Positions 19,862-28,843 of a DNA stretch of 64,000 bases are shown here, piece after piece (the first letter of the stretch is position 1; each line of letters opens with the position of its first letter). Below the pieces are notes generated by a model. That model saw nothing but the letters and a program-made list of their open reading frames with translations. It searched no databases and was not told the DNA's origin. This DNA is from Minisyncoccota bacterium (GTDB lineage: Bacteria; Patescibacteriota; Minisyncoccia; UBA6257; 2-01-FULL-56-20), in assembly GCA_025449695.1 (NCBI GenBank), contig JANWIW010000030.1:1990-65989 (forward strand), written 5' to 3'. Both the position numbers and the translations under genes were made by a program.

Positions 19862-19990
19862 TGTCATCTTGAGCGACCGAAGGAAGTCCCTTTAGGGGCG
19901 ACCGCAGGAAGTCCCCGTGGGAGTATTCCGAAGGACCCCGGTGTTACATCGGGGTCCTTCCCCCGCATCAAGTGCGGGGTCAGGATGACA
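19862..19990. repeat. MITE/REP-like palindromic repeat copy C (TGTCATCTTGAGCG ... GGGGTCAGGATGACA)
   Basis: Inverted termini and an internal imperfect direct repeat (GACCGAAGGAAGTCCC / GACCGCAGGAAGTCCCC), between rpmA and rplI. Confidence 0.7.
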
Positions 19991-19991
19991 A

Positions 19992-20441
19992 CTATATTTC
20001 CCTGCTCACGCGCACGTTCAGAGTCGCTTCGATACCCTTGTGGAAATTCACCTTTACCTTGTGATCGCCGAATGCTTTGAGAGGATGTTCCAAAGCGATC
20101 TCCACCCGGTCATGAGTGGCGAGTCCTTGTTCGCGCAAAGCCTTTAATATCTGGTCCTTATTGATCGAGCCGAACACGGAACCCTGGTCATCCCCTTTTA
20201 GCGTGAATACAAGGGTCGCAGCCTCCAGGTTGCGGCCGAGCTCGGTCAGTCGCTTCACCGTGGCGCTATCCTCCGTCTCATGGGCCTGCCGTTCCGCCTC
20301 TAGCCTGCGCAGCCGCTCGGCGGTCGCGGGCGCCGCGAAGCCTTGCGGGATCAGGAAATTGCGCGCGTAGCCGTCCGCGATATCCTTAACCTGGTCCTTT
20401 TCGCCTTTGCCGGGAACGCGCTTCAGGAATACGATTTTCAT
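19992..20441 (-). CDS. rplI: 50S ribosomal protein L9
   Basis: MKIVFLKRVPGKGEKDQVKDIADGYARNFLIPQGFA matches the bL9 N-domain. Confidence 0.9.
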   Translation of the reverse strand: MKIVFLKRVPGKGEKDQVKDIADGYARNFLIPQGFAAPATAERLRRLEAERQAHETEDSATVKRLTELGRNLEAATLVFTLKGDDQGSVFGSINKDQILKALREQGLATHDRVEIALEHPLKAFGDHKVKVNFHKGIEATLNVRVSREI

Positions 20442-20470
20442 AAGTAATAGTTAAGAGTGAGAAGGGTATT

Positions 20471-20546
20471 TGTCATTCCCGCCTCCGGGCGGGAATCCAC
20501 TCTTGCGCTGGATCCCGGGTAGCCTGACTGGGCTTCCGGGATGACA
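20471..20546. repeat. MITE/REP-like palindromic repeat copy D (TGTCATTCCCGCC ... CTTCCGGGATGACA)
   Basis: Termini plus the internal hairpin ATTCCCGCCTCCGGGCGGGAAT. Its 3' half is nearly identical to the 3' halves of copies G and H. Confidence 0.7.
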
Positions 20547-20558
20547 ATATCTTTCTGG

Positions 20559-21788
20559 CTAATTTTCATTGGCTATTTCCTCTTTCACGACCTGAATTGC
20601 CTTGTCGAGCTGGGGATCGCGTTCGTTTTTAAGGTCTTCCTCGCTGATCTCTATCTCATGATCAGGCTTCAATCCGGAATCTTCCAATATAGTGCCGGAC
20701 GGCAGGACCCAATGCGCGATGGTGAGCTTGATGACGGAACCGCCACTCAGGTCCATAAACTCCTGCACGGTTCCCTTGCCGAAACTTGTCTGACCGATGA
20801 GCTTCACCTGACGGTTATCCCGCAGGGTGCCCGCCAGGATTTCCGCTGCGGACGCCGAACCTTCGTCGATCAGCACCGCGACCGGGATCTTGGCCAGGGC
20901 TTCATTCCCGCTCGCGCGCAGCGTGTCGAGTACGCCCTCGCGGCCCACCTCCTTCACCACTACCGTGCCGCGCGGCAGAAACCATCCCGCCAGGTTGACC
21001 GCCACCTCCAGGTATCCGCCGGGATTGCCGCGCAGGTCCAGGACCAGCCCTTCAGTGCCCGCATCCGCGGCCTTCCGCATCGCGTTCCAGAACAGCGTCT
21101 CCGCATTGGCGTTGAAGCTGTACAGCTGGACGTAGGCAATGCGGTCCGGCAGCATCTTGAAGTCCAGGGTCGGAGCCTGGATGTTCTCGCGGACGATGCT
21201 GAAGTCCTTGGGTCTCTCCCAGCCATCGCGGAAGATGCTCAACTTGACGGTTGTGCCAAGCACGCCGCGGATAAAGCTCACCGCCTGATCCACCGCCATA
21301 TTATCGGTAGAGGTAGCATCGATCATGAATATCTGGTCGTTCGGTTTGAGGCCCGCGCGTTCCGCGGGGGTGCCCTTAAGCGGCGCGACGATCACGAGCT
21401 GGTCGCGGCGGATGCCGATCTCCGCCCCTATGCCGCTGAAATTGCCGTCCACATCCTCCTCAAAGCTCTTGGCCGCGGCCGGCGTGAAGAACTGCGAATA
21501 GGGATCGCCGAGCGATCGCACCAGGCCGCTCACTGCGCCGTTCACCCTCGCATCAGCGGACACATCCGCGGCACTCAGGTGTTTTTCGTCAATCGTCCGC
21601 CAGGCCTCCCAAAAGATTCCGAAATCAGCGTCCGTGGTCGTGCTTTCAACCCCACTCACCCCTTGGACGGCGATCGTCGCAGGCATCCGCCGGCCGGCGG
21701 ACCAGCCCGCATAAAAGCCGGCGAAGACGAGTAGGAGCGCGGCGAGGACCGCGAGCATCGGCAATGCGTATCGGCGGCCGTTTTGCAT
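20559..21788 (-). CDS. ctpA: carboxyl-terminal processing protease (S41)
   Basis: PDZ domain plus S41 motifs (VVLDLRGNPGGYL, GTASAAEI-like), with an N-terminal signal anchor. Confidence 0.9.
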   Translation of the reverse strand: MQNGRRYALPMLAVLAALLLVFAGFYAGWSAGRRMPATIAVQGVSGVESTTTDADFGIFWEAWRTIDEKHLSAADVSADARVNGAVSGLVRSLGDPYSQFFTPAAAKSFEEDVDGNFSGIGAEIGIRRDQLVIVAPLKGTPAERAGLKPNDQIFMIDATSTDNMAVDQAVSFIRGVLGTTVKLSIFRDGWERPKDFSIVRENIQAPTLDFKMLPDRIAYVQLYSFNANAETLFWNAMRKAADAGTEGLVLDLRGNPGGYLEVAVNLAGWFLPRGTVVVKEVGREGVLDTLRASGNEALAKIPVAVLIDEGSASAAEILAGTLRDNRQVKLIGQTSFGKGTVQEFMDLSGGSVIKLTIAHWVLPSGTILEDSGLKPDHEIEISEEDLKNERDPQLDKAIQVVKEEIANEN

Positions 21789-21891
21789 GTAGGGAGATTT
21801 TACCAGACCGCCGCGGAATTGAGAACGTCCCGGACCGCCGGCGCGCGAGGCGCCGCTTGGTGATTCGCTCGTTTGAAGCTATCATTTCCTC

Positions 21892-22257
21892 ATGGCGGTC
21901 GGGCTCTCCGGAGACAGTGAGAAGTACATCGCCGAGCTTAAGAAACGCTCCAAAGAGTCGCACGTCCACCGGCAGTTCCAGCTGACGGGACTCGAGATCG
22001 CCGATCTCCTCGGCGACCGGGCCCACAAGTCTCTTTACATCAAGCTGGCCAAGGAACGCAGCGCCCACGAGCTTCTGCGGATTGCGAAGGAGGTCGCGGG
22101 AAAGCAGGATGTGCGGAGGAAGGGGGCTTATTTCATGGCTATCGTCACCGGAACCGCGAAACCGGCCGGCCAGAAGGAAATCTTCCGATCCAAGCCGGCG
22201 AGATCCCTTCTTCGTACTAAAAGAAATGGCGGCAAATCCCGAAAGAACCCATCCTGA
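21892..22257 (+). CDS. hypothetical protein (possible first gene of the def-fmt operon)
   Basis: 121 aa with helical-looking composition. It overlaps the chosen def start by 32 nt. The antisense ORF 21646..22332 looks like GC-driven noise. Confidence 0.35.
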   Translation: MAVGLSGDSEKYIAELKKRSKESHVHRQFQLTGLEIADLLGDRAHKSLYIKLAKERSAHELLRIAKEVAGKQDVRRKGAYFMAIVTGTAKPAGQKEIFRSKPARSLLRTKRNGGKSRKNPS

Positions 22258-22777
22258 GATCTGGATCGAGGGGCTCGCAGCCGAGAGGAAGCGGCTGCGC
22301 TCGGTCGCGAAGCCTTTCGATTTTTCCTCCATGCCCTATAAAGAGTTGGCGGCGCTCATTCGGCGCATGCGCAAGATTATGCGCGAGGCGAACGGCGTCG
22401 GCCTCGCCGCGAACCAGATCGGGCTGCCCCACCGTCTTTTCGTGGCGGAAGTGCCCGTGAACGACGGCACTAAGTTCTACTCGGTGATAAATCCAGCCAT
22501 AGAGAAGATGAGTACCGAGAAGGCCACTATTGAGGAAGGGTGCCTTAGCGTGCCCGGCATATGGGGTGATGCTCCGCGCGCCGAGAGAGTGACCCTCGTG
22601 GGACAGGATCTGCGCGGTAAGTCTCTTAAAATCAAAGCTTGGGGCCTTCTCGCCCGCGTCTTCCAGCACGAGACCGATCATCTGGACGGAAAGCTCTTCA
22701 TAGACAAGGCCAAGAACCTGCATCGCGCGGAAAAAGACAATTCTGAGCCGGTACAGGATGCCAAAAATAATCAGTAA
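22226..22777 (+). CDS. def: peptide deformylase
   Basis: Motifs GVGLAANQIG, EGCLSVPG and HETDHLDG. The start was set at MAANPERT; the track ORF begins earlier at 22082. Confidence 0.9.
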   Translation: MAANPERTHPEIWIEGLAAERKRLRSVAKPFDFSSMPYKELAALIRRMRKIMREANGVGLAANQIGLPHRLFVAEVPVNDGTKFYSVINPAIEKMSTEKATIEEGCLSVPGIWGDAPRAERVTLVGQDLRGKSLKIKAWGLLARVFQHETDHLDGKLFIDKAKNLHRAEKDNSEPVQDAKNNQ

Positions 22778-22846
22778 ACAGTCATTGGTAATCAAGAAGG
22801 CACCCATGGGTCCTGTTTGCTCATTACTAACTTCCAGTTACTCCCT

Positions 22847-23707
22847 ATGAAATTCGTCTTTTTCGGCTCGCCTGCGTTCGCCGCGCTCACTCTCCAGGGT
22901 ATCCTGGACCGGGGCTTGGTGCCGGACATACTAGTCTCGAACCCCGACCGGCCGGTTGGCAGAAAGCAGGTGGTGACTCCACCGCCAACCAAAGAAGCTA
23001 TTGCGGCGAGAAACCTGACCGGTCAAGTCAAAGTGTTCCAACCGGAAGATCTGAGATCAGTAAGCTCGCAGCTCACCGCCCTCTCGCCGGACCTCTTTGT
23101 GGTCGCTGCATATGCGAATATCATCCCTCAGGCGGTGTTGGATATCCCCCGCCTGGGCACGCTGGGGGTCCATCCCTCTCTGCTTCCGAAATACCGGGGC
23201 GCGTCCCCCATCCAATCGGCCATATTGAACGGCGAACAGGAGACCGGAGTGAGTATTTACCTCCTCCAAAAAGGCGTGGATGACGGCCCCGTCCTTGCCA
23301 AAGAGCGCCTTGCGATCGGCCCGGACGAGACCTTTTCCGAGCTCTTGCCCCGTCTCGCGGAACTTGGCGGCAGGATGCTTGCCGGGCTTATACCCGCGTT
23401 CCTCTCCGGAACCGCGGTACCGGTACCTCAGGACCATGCCCAGGCGACGCTCACGAAGAAGTTCACCGGGGCGGACGGGTTCGTGCCCTTGCCCGAGCTT
23501 CAGGCAGCCATAAAGGGCGGTGCCGCCTTCGCCCGTCCCATCTACAACAAGATACGCGCGCTGGCCTCCGAGCCGGGCGTGTGGACCGACCGCGGGGGAA
23601 AACGCATCAAAGTTCTCGAAGCGCGGCTCGAGGATGGAAAGCTCGTACCTCTCCGCATCCAGCGCGAAGGCAAACTGCAGGAACCGTTCCGTCCGGGCGT
23701 GCTTTGA
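22847..23707 (+). CDS. fmt: methionyl-tRNA formyltransferase
   Basis: MKFVFFGSP..., the formyltransferase core HPSLLPKYRGASPIQ and a C-terminal Fmt domain. Confidence 0.9.
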   Translation: MKFVFFGSPAFAALTLQGILDRGLVPDILVSNPDRPVGRKQVVTPPPTKEAIAARNLTGQVKVFQPEDLRSVSSQLTALSPDLFVVAAYANIIPQAVLDIPRLGTLGVHPSLLPKYRGASPIQSAILNGEQETGVSIYLLQKGVDDGPVLAKERLAIGPDETFSELLPRLAELGGRMLAGLIPAFLSGTAVPVPQDHAQATLTKKFTGADGFVPLPELQAAIKGGAAFARPIYNKIRALASEPGVWTDRGGKRIKVLEARLEDGKLVPLRIQREGKLQEPFRPGVL

Positions 23708-23724
23708 TATACCGTTGGAGCCCT

Positions 23725-23823
23725 TTATATAAAAAGGGACGTCCCGATCATTCCTATGAGGAGCGCGAGGACCACGATCGCCACGAAGATGCTCTTCCAA
23801 GCGGAGGTTTTATTCTTGGCCAT
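23725..23823 (-). CDS. candidate 32-aa hydrophobic micro-protein
   Basis: Minus strand: MAKNKTSAWKSIFVAIVVLALLIGMIGTSLFI, a single TM segment, between fmt and the tRNA. Too short for statistical support. Confidence 0.25.
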   Translation of the reverse strand: MAKNKTSAWKSIFVAIVVLALLIGMIGTSLFI

Positions 23824-23962
23824 GCCGGTCATTATACGGAAATCGGCGGGCCTCCTCAAGGAGGCTGAGGAATGATACCCTTTTGTCATCCTGCTGTGCC
23901 CTCCGTAGCTTTAGCGAAGGAGGGAGTCTGCAGGAGCGGGCAAAGGAGCTTGTCCGCTCACT

Positions 23963-24033
23963 TGGGGGATCGTCTAACGGTAGGACAGCGGCCTTTGGAG
24001 CCGTGAATCGGGGTTCGAATCCCTGTCCCCCAG
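23963..24033 (+). tRNA. tRNA-Gln (anticodon UUG)
   Basis: Folded by hand: acceptor UGGGGGA/UCCCCCA, D-arm GUCU-AACGGUA-GGAC, anticodon arm GCGGC-CUUUGGA-GCCGU (anticodon UUG), T-arm CGGGG-UUCGAAU-CCCUG, discriminator G. No encoded CCA. Confidence 0.8.
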
Positions 24034-24184
24034 CATTAGCTGTTGGCTTAGCGAGTACCCGAGCTTAGCAACCCTTATGCCCCGCCGAAGCTCGTCGGAG
24101 CGAAGGAGGGCCACCTTGAGCATAGTTCTGGGCGTCCGAGGAGGGTTGAAAGGTCCGATGTAATATATAATTAAGTTACTAGCT

Positions 24185-24562
24185 ATGGGAACATTTATCG
24201 AAACGAACGACACTCTGCAAATTACAAAAGAGCAAGGGTTCCCTGCCGAACTCGATTTGGATACTCACCTTAAAAATCCTTTCACGGTAAAAGATTTTGA
24301 AGGGAAAATCTTCGCTTTCAAAGACAAGCCCAATATAAGAGTTTATCAGCAACCGCCGGTCAGAAACTTTTTAGTAGAAAATAGAAATGACAAGTGGATA
24401 TATTGGGGCTTGATTCACATGTTGGAAGTTAACCATGACTATGGGGAAAAGGTGACTAGCGGCAAGTTTCGCATAATTTATATAAATACCCCAGAGGAAA
24501 TGAAAGTGGCGCATAGAATCACCGATCGACGTCCTGAAGCAGATTTCTTTGGGCATGACTAA
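24185..24562 (+). CDS. hypothetical protein (island)
   Basis: 125 aa in low-GC (about 40%) sequence immediately downstream of the tRNA. Confidence 0.55.
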   Translation: MGTFIETNDTLQITKEQGFPAELDLDTHLKNPFTVKDFEGKIFAFKDKPNIRVYQQPPVRNFLVENRNDKWIYWGLIHMLEVNHDYGEKVTSGKFRIIYINTPEEMKVAHRITDRRPEADFFGHD

Positions 24563-24580
24563 AGAGAAAAATGATCTGTT

Positions 24581-25255
24581 ATGCCAACAAACTTTTACGA
24601 TAGCGATGACTTTAAAAATATCGACTTCAAACCCTTAAATCCGTTGTATTATCCGACGGAGTACCAGCGCTACATCAAAGAAGAGACCGACCTCATTAAG
24701 CAACACATCAACGGCAAAACAGCACTTGAGGCTGGGGTCGGTATCGGCAGATTGATTCCCGATCTTGCCCCTATCGCAAAAGAGTTCGTCGGCATAGACA
24801 ACGCCGATCTCATGCTCCAGAATTCTAAAGAGCGAGCGGAAGGCTTCTCAAACGTCCGCCTTGTGAAAGGCGATCTTGAGAATCTTTCACACTTATTCCC
24901 GTCTAAATATTTCGATGTCAGCCTCTGTGTCTGGAATACTCTCGGCAACGTGAAAGATGAAGTCGTTGTGCTATCCGAACTCGCCAAAGTTACCAAGGAA
25001 AGAATTCTGGTTTCGGTACATCTAAAAGGCGCCTTAGAACAGAGGAAGAATTGGTATAAAACAGTTGGCCTTTCCATGGATGGAGTGGATGAGAAAAACG
25101 AGATTTTCTACAACACTAAGTCGGGACTCCGGTCGAAGGCGTATAGCCTTGAGGAGATCGAAGCTATTTCTAAAAACGCAGGGCTGGTCGTTGCAGATCA
25201 CAAGATCTTGGCTGGCGTTGTTCTTTGGGTTGAAATTGAAAGCTTGCCCAAGTGA
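24581..25255 (+). CDS. class I SAM-dependent methyltransferase
   Basis: Motif I LEAGVGIGRL and motif post-I/II; 224 aa. Confidence 0.75.
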   Translation: MPTNFYDSDDFKNIDFKPLNPLYYPTEYQRYIKEETDLIKQHINGKTALEAGVGIGRLIPDLAPIAKEFVGIDNADLMLQNSKERAEGFSNVRLVKGDLENLSHLFPSKYFDVSLCVWNTLGNVKDEVVVLSELAKVTKERILVSVHLKGALEQRKNWYKTVGLSMDGVDEKNEIFYNTKSGLRSKAYSLEEIEAISKNAGLVVADHKILAGVVLWVEIESLPK

Positions 25256-25328
25256 AACATGAGAACGAGCTATACTTATCCTATGAAGAAAAGAGTAAAA
25301 ACCCTCCGGCGACTCACTAAAATGACCC

Positions 25329-25399
25329 GTCCGAGGAGCCTCTTTCTGGTAAGATGAACTAACCCTCTGGGAGCCTTGCGGGGTAAGGGTTTTCAGAAG
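25329..25399 (+). promoter_or_regulatory. conserved 5' leader element, copy 1 (upstream of the SDR gene)
   Basis: GTCCGAGGAGCCTCTTTCTGGTAAG...CTCTGGGAGCCTTGCGGGGTAAGGGTTTTCAGAAG. A 70-nt paralogous element lies upstream of the AKR gene at 26949..27019 and shows covariation in a small hairpin (CTCTGGGAG vs CTTCGGGAG). Confidence 0.4.
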
Positions 25400-25448
25400 T
25401 ACGAGACCGGGAAGGCCAGCAGCAGCGAGATGGAGTAGAATCATATAT

Positions 25449-26135
25449 ATGAACTTGGAAAACAAGGTTGTTGTTATAACGGGAGGCAGCGAGGGTTTCG
25501 GTAAATCTCTCGCGAGAATGTTTTCCCACGAAAAATCCCGCCTAATAATTGCGGGCCATGAGCAGGCTAAGCTGGAGGATGCAGCAAAAGAGTTGGGAGC
25601 AGATTATCTACTGATTGACGTTACCCGTCCACAAGAGCTCAATAATTTGGCGGCATACGTTTCTGAAAAATATGGAACGATAGATATTTGGATAAACAAT
25701 GCCGGGATTCAGATTGCGCCCAGCATGGTGGAAAACGTAGATATTGAAAAACTACACCACTTATTCGAGGTTAATTTTTTCGGCTATTTTTACGGCTGTC
25801 AAAGCGCAATTCGGTGCATGAAAAAGCAGTCTCACGGATTAATAGTCAACGTGAACTCCACCGCAGGACTTGATGGCAAATCTGGACTTTCCGCTTATTC
25901 TTCTTCGAAATTCGCAACTAAGGGATTGACCGAATCTCTGCGGAAAGAGGTCGTCGATACACACATTCAAGTCTTTGCTGTATATCCCGGAGGAATGCAG
26001 ACGAACATCTACAAAGAAAAGTATCCGGACGACCTGAAAAACTATATGCTAACGGATGATGTTGCGAAAAAGGTGGTAGATAATCTCAAGATAGATCATC
26101 CCGAAAAGGACCTTATCCTTAAGCGGTCGGCGTGA
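25449..26135 (+). CDS. SDR-family oxidoreductase
   Basis: TGGSEGFGKSLA Rossmann motif and the YxxxK catalytic site (YSSSKFATKGL). Confidence 0.85.
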   Translation: MNLENKVVVITGGSEGFGKSLARMFSHEKSRLIIAGHEQAKLEDAAKELGADYLLIDVTRPQELNNLAAYVSEKYGTIDIWINNAGIQIAPSMVENVDIEKLHHLFEVNFFGYFYGCQSAIRCMKKQSHGLIVNVNSTAGLDGKSGLSAYSSSKFATKGLTESLRKEVVDTHIQVFAVYPGGMQTNIYKEKYPDDLKNYMLTDDVAKKVVDNLKIDHPEKDLILKRSA

Positions 26136-26165
26136 ATAAGGTTGGGCTAGATCCAAGAATCGTTC

Positions 26166-26300
26166 CGGTCACGTCCCACCTGCCCAGTCGATTACAGAAT
26201 CTAACCCGCTTTGCGGGTAGGATTCTGTTGAGTCCTGCGCTGCGCCCTTCGAAGCTTTACGATACCCCGCGAAGCTCGAAGAGCAAAGTGGGGCTACCTT
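26166..26300. repeat. island intergenic repeat, family X, copy 1 (contains the TCCCACCTGCCCAG motif and a strong hairpin at 26194..26228)
   Basis: About 85% identical over about 100 nt to 27920..28030. The hairpin is ACAGAATCTAACCCGC-TTTG-GCGGGTAGGATTCTGT. It sits between convergent genes, so it likely acts as a terminator. Confidence 0.6.
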
Positions 26301-26340
26301 GTGCATAGTATCGAGTGACCGAGACGCGTCAGTTCTCCCC

Positions 26341-26832
26341 TCAGCCCCGCCGCGCCGCCTCAATAGCAGCAACGTCGATTTTTGTCATTGTCATCATCGC
26401 TTCAAAGGCACGCTTTGCTTCTGCGCCGCCAACCGCAAGTGCGTCGATCAGCGTACGCGGCGTGATCTGCCATGATACTCCCCAGCGGTCTTTGCACCAG
26501 CCACATTGGCTTTCCTGACCTCCATTCCCGACGATCGCGTTCCAATAGCGATCTGTTTCTTCCTGATTGTCCGTCGCGATCTGAAAGGAAAATGCCTCAC
26601 TTTGTTTGAACGCTGGTCCACCGTTCAGACCAATACAAGGGATTCCAAAGACCGTGAACTCTACCGTGAGCACGTCGCCTTCCTTGCCATCCGGAAAATC
26701 ACTGGGCGCATGATTAACAGCCGTTACTTTACTATCGGGAAAAGTAGCGGCGTAAAAGTTTGCTGCGTTTTCTGCATCCTTGTCGAACCAGAGGCAAATT
26801 GTATTTTTTGGTTGCATGTTATTTTGTATCAT
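26341..26832 (-). CDS. VOC-family protein (PhnB/YjdN-like glyoxalase fold)
   Basis: N-terminal ICLWFDKDAENAANFYAATFPDSKV is typical of PhnB-like VOC proteins. Confidence 0.75.
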   Translation of the reverse strand: MIQNNMQPKNTICLWFDKDAENAANFYAATFPDSKVTAVNHAPSDFPDGKEGDVLTVEFTVFGIPCIGLNGGPAFKQSEAFSFQIATDNQEETDRYWNAIVGNGGQESQCGWCKDRWGVSWQITPRTLIDALAVGGAEAKRAFEAMMTMTKIDVAAIEAARRG

Positions 26833-26948
26833 TATTTTACCGCGCTTCGGGAGATTTGCAAACTAAGTAAAAGTATCTCATTGATCCCCGGCCGGGACGG
26901 GTCAACTCTCCCCTGCCGGTAGCGAGAGTATACCGCCATTTAGCATCC

Positions 26949-27019
26949 GTCCGAGGAACCTAGTTCTGGTAAACTTACAGAATCCTTCGGGAGACTTACG
27001 GGGTAATGATTTTACAAAA
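26949..27019 (+). promoter_or_regulatory. conserved 5' leader element, copy 2 (upstream of the aldo/keto reductase gene)
   Basis: GTCCGAGGAACCTAGTTCTGGTAAAC...CTTCGGGAGACTTACGGGGTAATGATTTTACAAAA. See copy 1. Confidence 0.4.
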
Positions 27020-27049
27020 TCCGCGATCGAGAAAGCCACCACTATAACC

Positions 27050-27913
27050 ATGAACCAGAAGATTCTAAAAAGCGGATTCTATCTTCCTGAAATTGGCTTA
27101 GGAACCGGAGGTGATCCCTCAAAAGCTGTCGGTTATGAAGAGCGGAAAAAAGCGCTTCAGATCGCACTTGATATGGGATACCGGCATATTGATTGCGCAG
27201 CGACATACTCCAATGGAGGGGTAGAAAAGTTCGTTGGGGAGGCCATTAAGCGCATTGATCGTTCGGAATTAATCCTTTCAACAAAAGTTTCTCCGCTCAA
27301 TCTTGCTTATGATGACCTAATTGAATCAGTGCAATTAAGCTTGGGTCGTTTAGGAGCAAGTTACGTCGATTTGTTGTACATCCATGCTCCTAATATGGAT
27401 ATTCCCTTATCCGAAACCATGCGAGCTATGGATACCGTGATAGATAATGGGATGGCAAAGCACCTGGCCGTGAGTAATTTCAACGTCGACCTTCTCATCA
27501 AAGCACAGTCGTTTACCAAGAATAAAATTGTCGCGAATCAGATCGAGTATAATCTTGCGACTCGTGAAAAAAGTCATTGCGAGGGGTGTGACAGTATGGA
27601 ATCGAAAATAATTCCATTCTGCCAGGAAAATGACATTCTCGTGGTCGCGTATCGACCCGTTGATCGAGGCTCTATCCTTGAACCCAACCAATTACTCGAT
27701 ACCTTGTCAAAAAAGTATGGGAAAACGAGAGCACAAATCGCCTTGAATTGGCTGATTTCACAAGACAACATCGTTACCATTCCACGCTCGGATGCATTCG
27801 CCCATCTTAGGGAAAACCTTGACGCAAGTGGTTGGTATTTAGACAAAGCAGACGTCGAACTCCTTAGAAGGGAGTATCCGCTTAGAGAGATTAAGTCCTA
27901 CCGTTATTATTAA
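27050..27913 (+). CDS. aldo/keto reductase
   Basis: 287 aa with the AKR signatures (DCAATYSNGG..., LYIHAPN) in a TIM-barrel. Confidence 0.85.
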   Translation: MNQKILKSGFYLPEIGLGTGGDPSKAVGYEERKKALQIALDMGYRHIDCAATYSNGGVEKFVGEAIKRIDRSELILSTKVSPLNLAYDDLIESVQLSLGRLGASYVDLLYIHAPNMDIPLSETMRAMDTVIDNGMAKHLAVSNFNVDLLIKAQSFTKNKIVANQIEYNLATREKSHCEGCDSMESKIIPFCQENDILVVAYRPVDRGSILEPNQLLDTLSKKYGKTRAQIALNWLISQDNIVTIPRSDAFAHLRENLDASGWYLDKADVELLRREYPLREIKSYRYY

Positions 27914-27919
27914 GCTCAC

Positions 27920-28060
27920 GAATCGCGTCCCACCTGCTCAGCCGATTACAGAATCTTACCCGCACAGCGGATTAGATTCTGTTGAGTCCTGCGCTGCGCC
28001 CTTCGAAGCTTTACGGCGTCCAGCGTAGCTTGAGCGGAATTGAAGCGAAGAAGGGAAGCC
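27920..28060. repeat. island intergenic repeat, family X, copy 2
   Basis: GCGTCCCACCTGCTCAGCCGATTACAGAATCTTACCCGC...GATTCTGTTGAGTCCTGCGCTGCGCCCTTCGAAGCTTTACG, nearly identical to copy 1. Confidence 0.6.
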
Positions 28061-28086
28061 TTGGCGAAGTGGGTCAGCAAAGAGAA

Positions 28087-28674
28087 TTAGCTGATCCCAA
28101 CGAGATAATATCTCCTTGTTCCCTCATTGGTCACCTGAACAGTAAATCCCTGTTCTGAAAATAGTCTCGATAAATTATCTGGGGAATAAAATACACTTCC
28201 CATTTTTAGGAACTTTTCCATGCGGACTATCACCCTCCCTCCAAAAGTTAAAGGGTTAAATTCCTCTACAATTACTGCACCTCCATACTTCAGAACCCTC
28301 TTGATTTCCTGAGCACATTGAACTTGATTCGGCAAATGATGGAACACATCTACCATAATAATTTTATCTATTGAGTTGTCGGCAAAAGGTAACTTTTCGG
28401 CAGTTCCGATCAGGCAGGCAATTCCATTGTGCTTGCGGCATTGCTCGATCATTTTCTCTGATGGATCGACCACCGTAACTTTCTTTACCTTCCCTGTTAA
28501 AAACTTGGCTACTCTGCCCGTACCGCCTCCTACATCAACAACTTCATCTTCAACGCTAAACTCTACGACAGAAGTAAGTTTCCTAAAAGTAGCTTTTGCT
28601 CCGATATGAACCTTCTCATATATCGGCGCAAGAACGTCAAAATAGTTGGGCACACCCCTAATGATATACTTCAA
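28087..28674 (-). CDS. class I SAM-dependent methyltransferase
   Basis: Motif I VVDVGGGTGRVAKFL and Methyltransf_11-like DVFHHL. Confidence 0.75.
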   Translation of the reverse strand: MKYIIRGVPNYFDVLAPIYEKVHIGAKATFRKLTSVVEFSVEDEVVDVGGGTGRVAKFLTGKVKKVTVVDPSEKMIEQCRKHNGIACLIGTAEKLPFADNSIDKIIMVDVFHHLPNQVQCAQEIKRVLKYGGAVIVEEFNPLTFGGRVIVRMEKFLKMGSVFYSPDNLSRLFSEQGFTVQVTNEGTRRYYLVGIS

Positions 28675-28843
28675 CGATCACGGTTCCAATCGCATCCCAC
28701 CTGCCCGGCATTAGTGAAAGTAAGTCGGGTTTCCGTTCTTTTGCGGGCTCCGCAAGCAAGGATTTGAATAATAATCCTCCCCTTACGAACAGGAAGGACC
28801 TCGACCGAAGTCGAGGCCCCACATGCTTTGCCGCTGTGGATTG

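Noticed and set aside
20541-21734. 397-aa plus-strand ORF
   Set aside because: Antisense to ctpA.
24034-28710. Integron-like cassette array (genes followed by repeated hairpin elements)
   Set aside because: No integrase/attI in the window. Genes are in mixed orientation. The repeats lack recognisable R''/L''/L'/R' attC cores. They are better explained as terminator-containing intergenic repeats.
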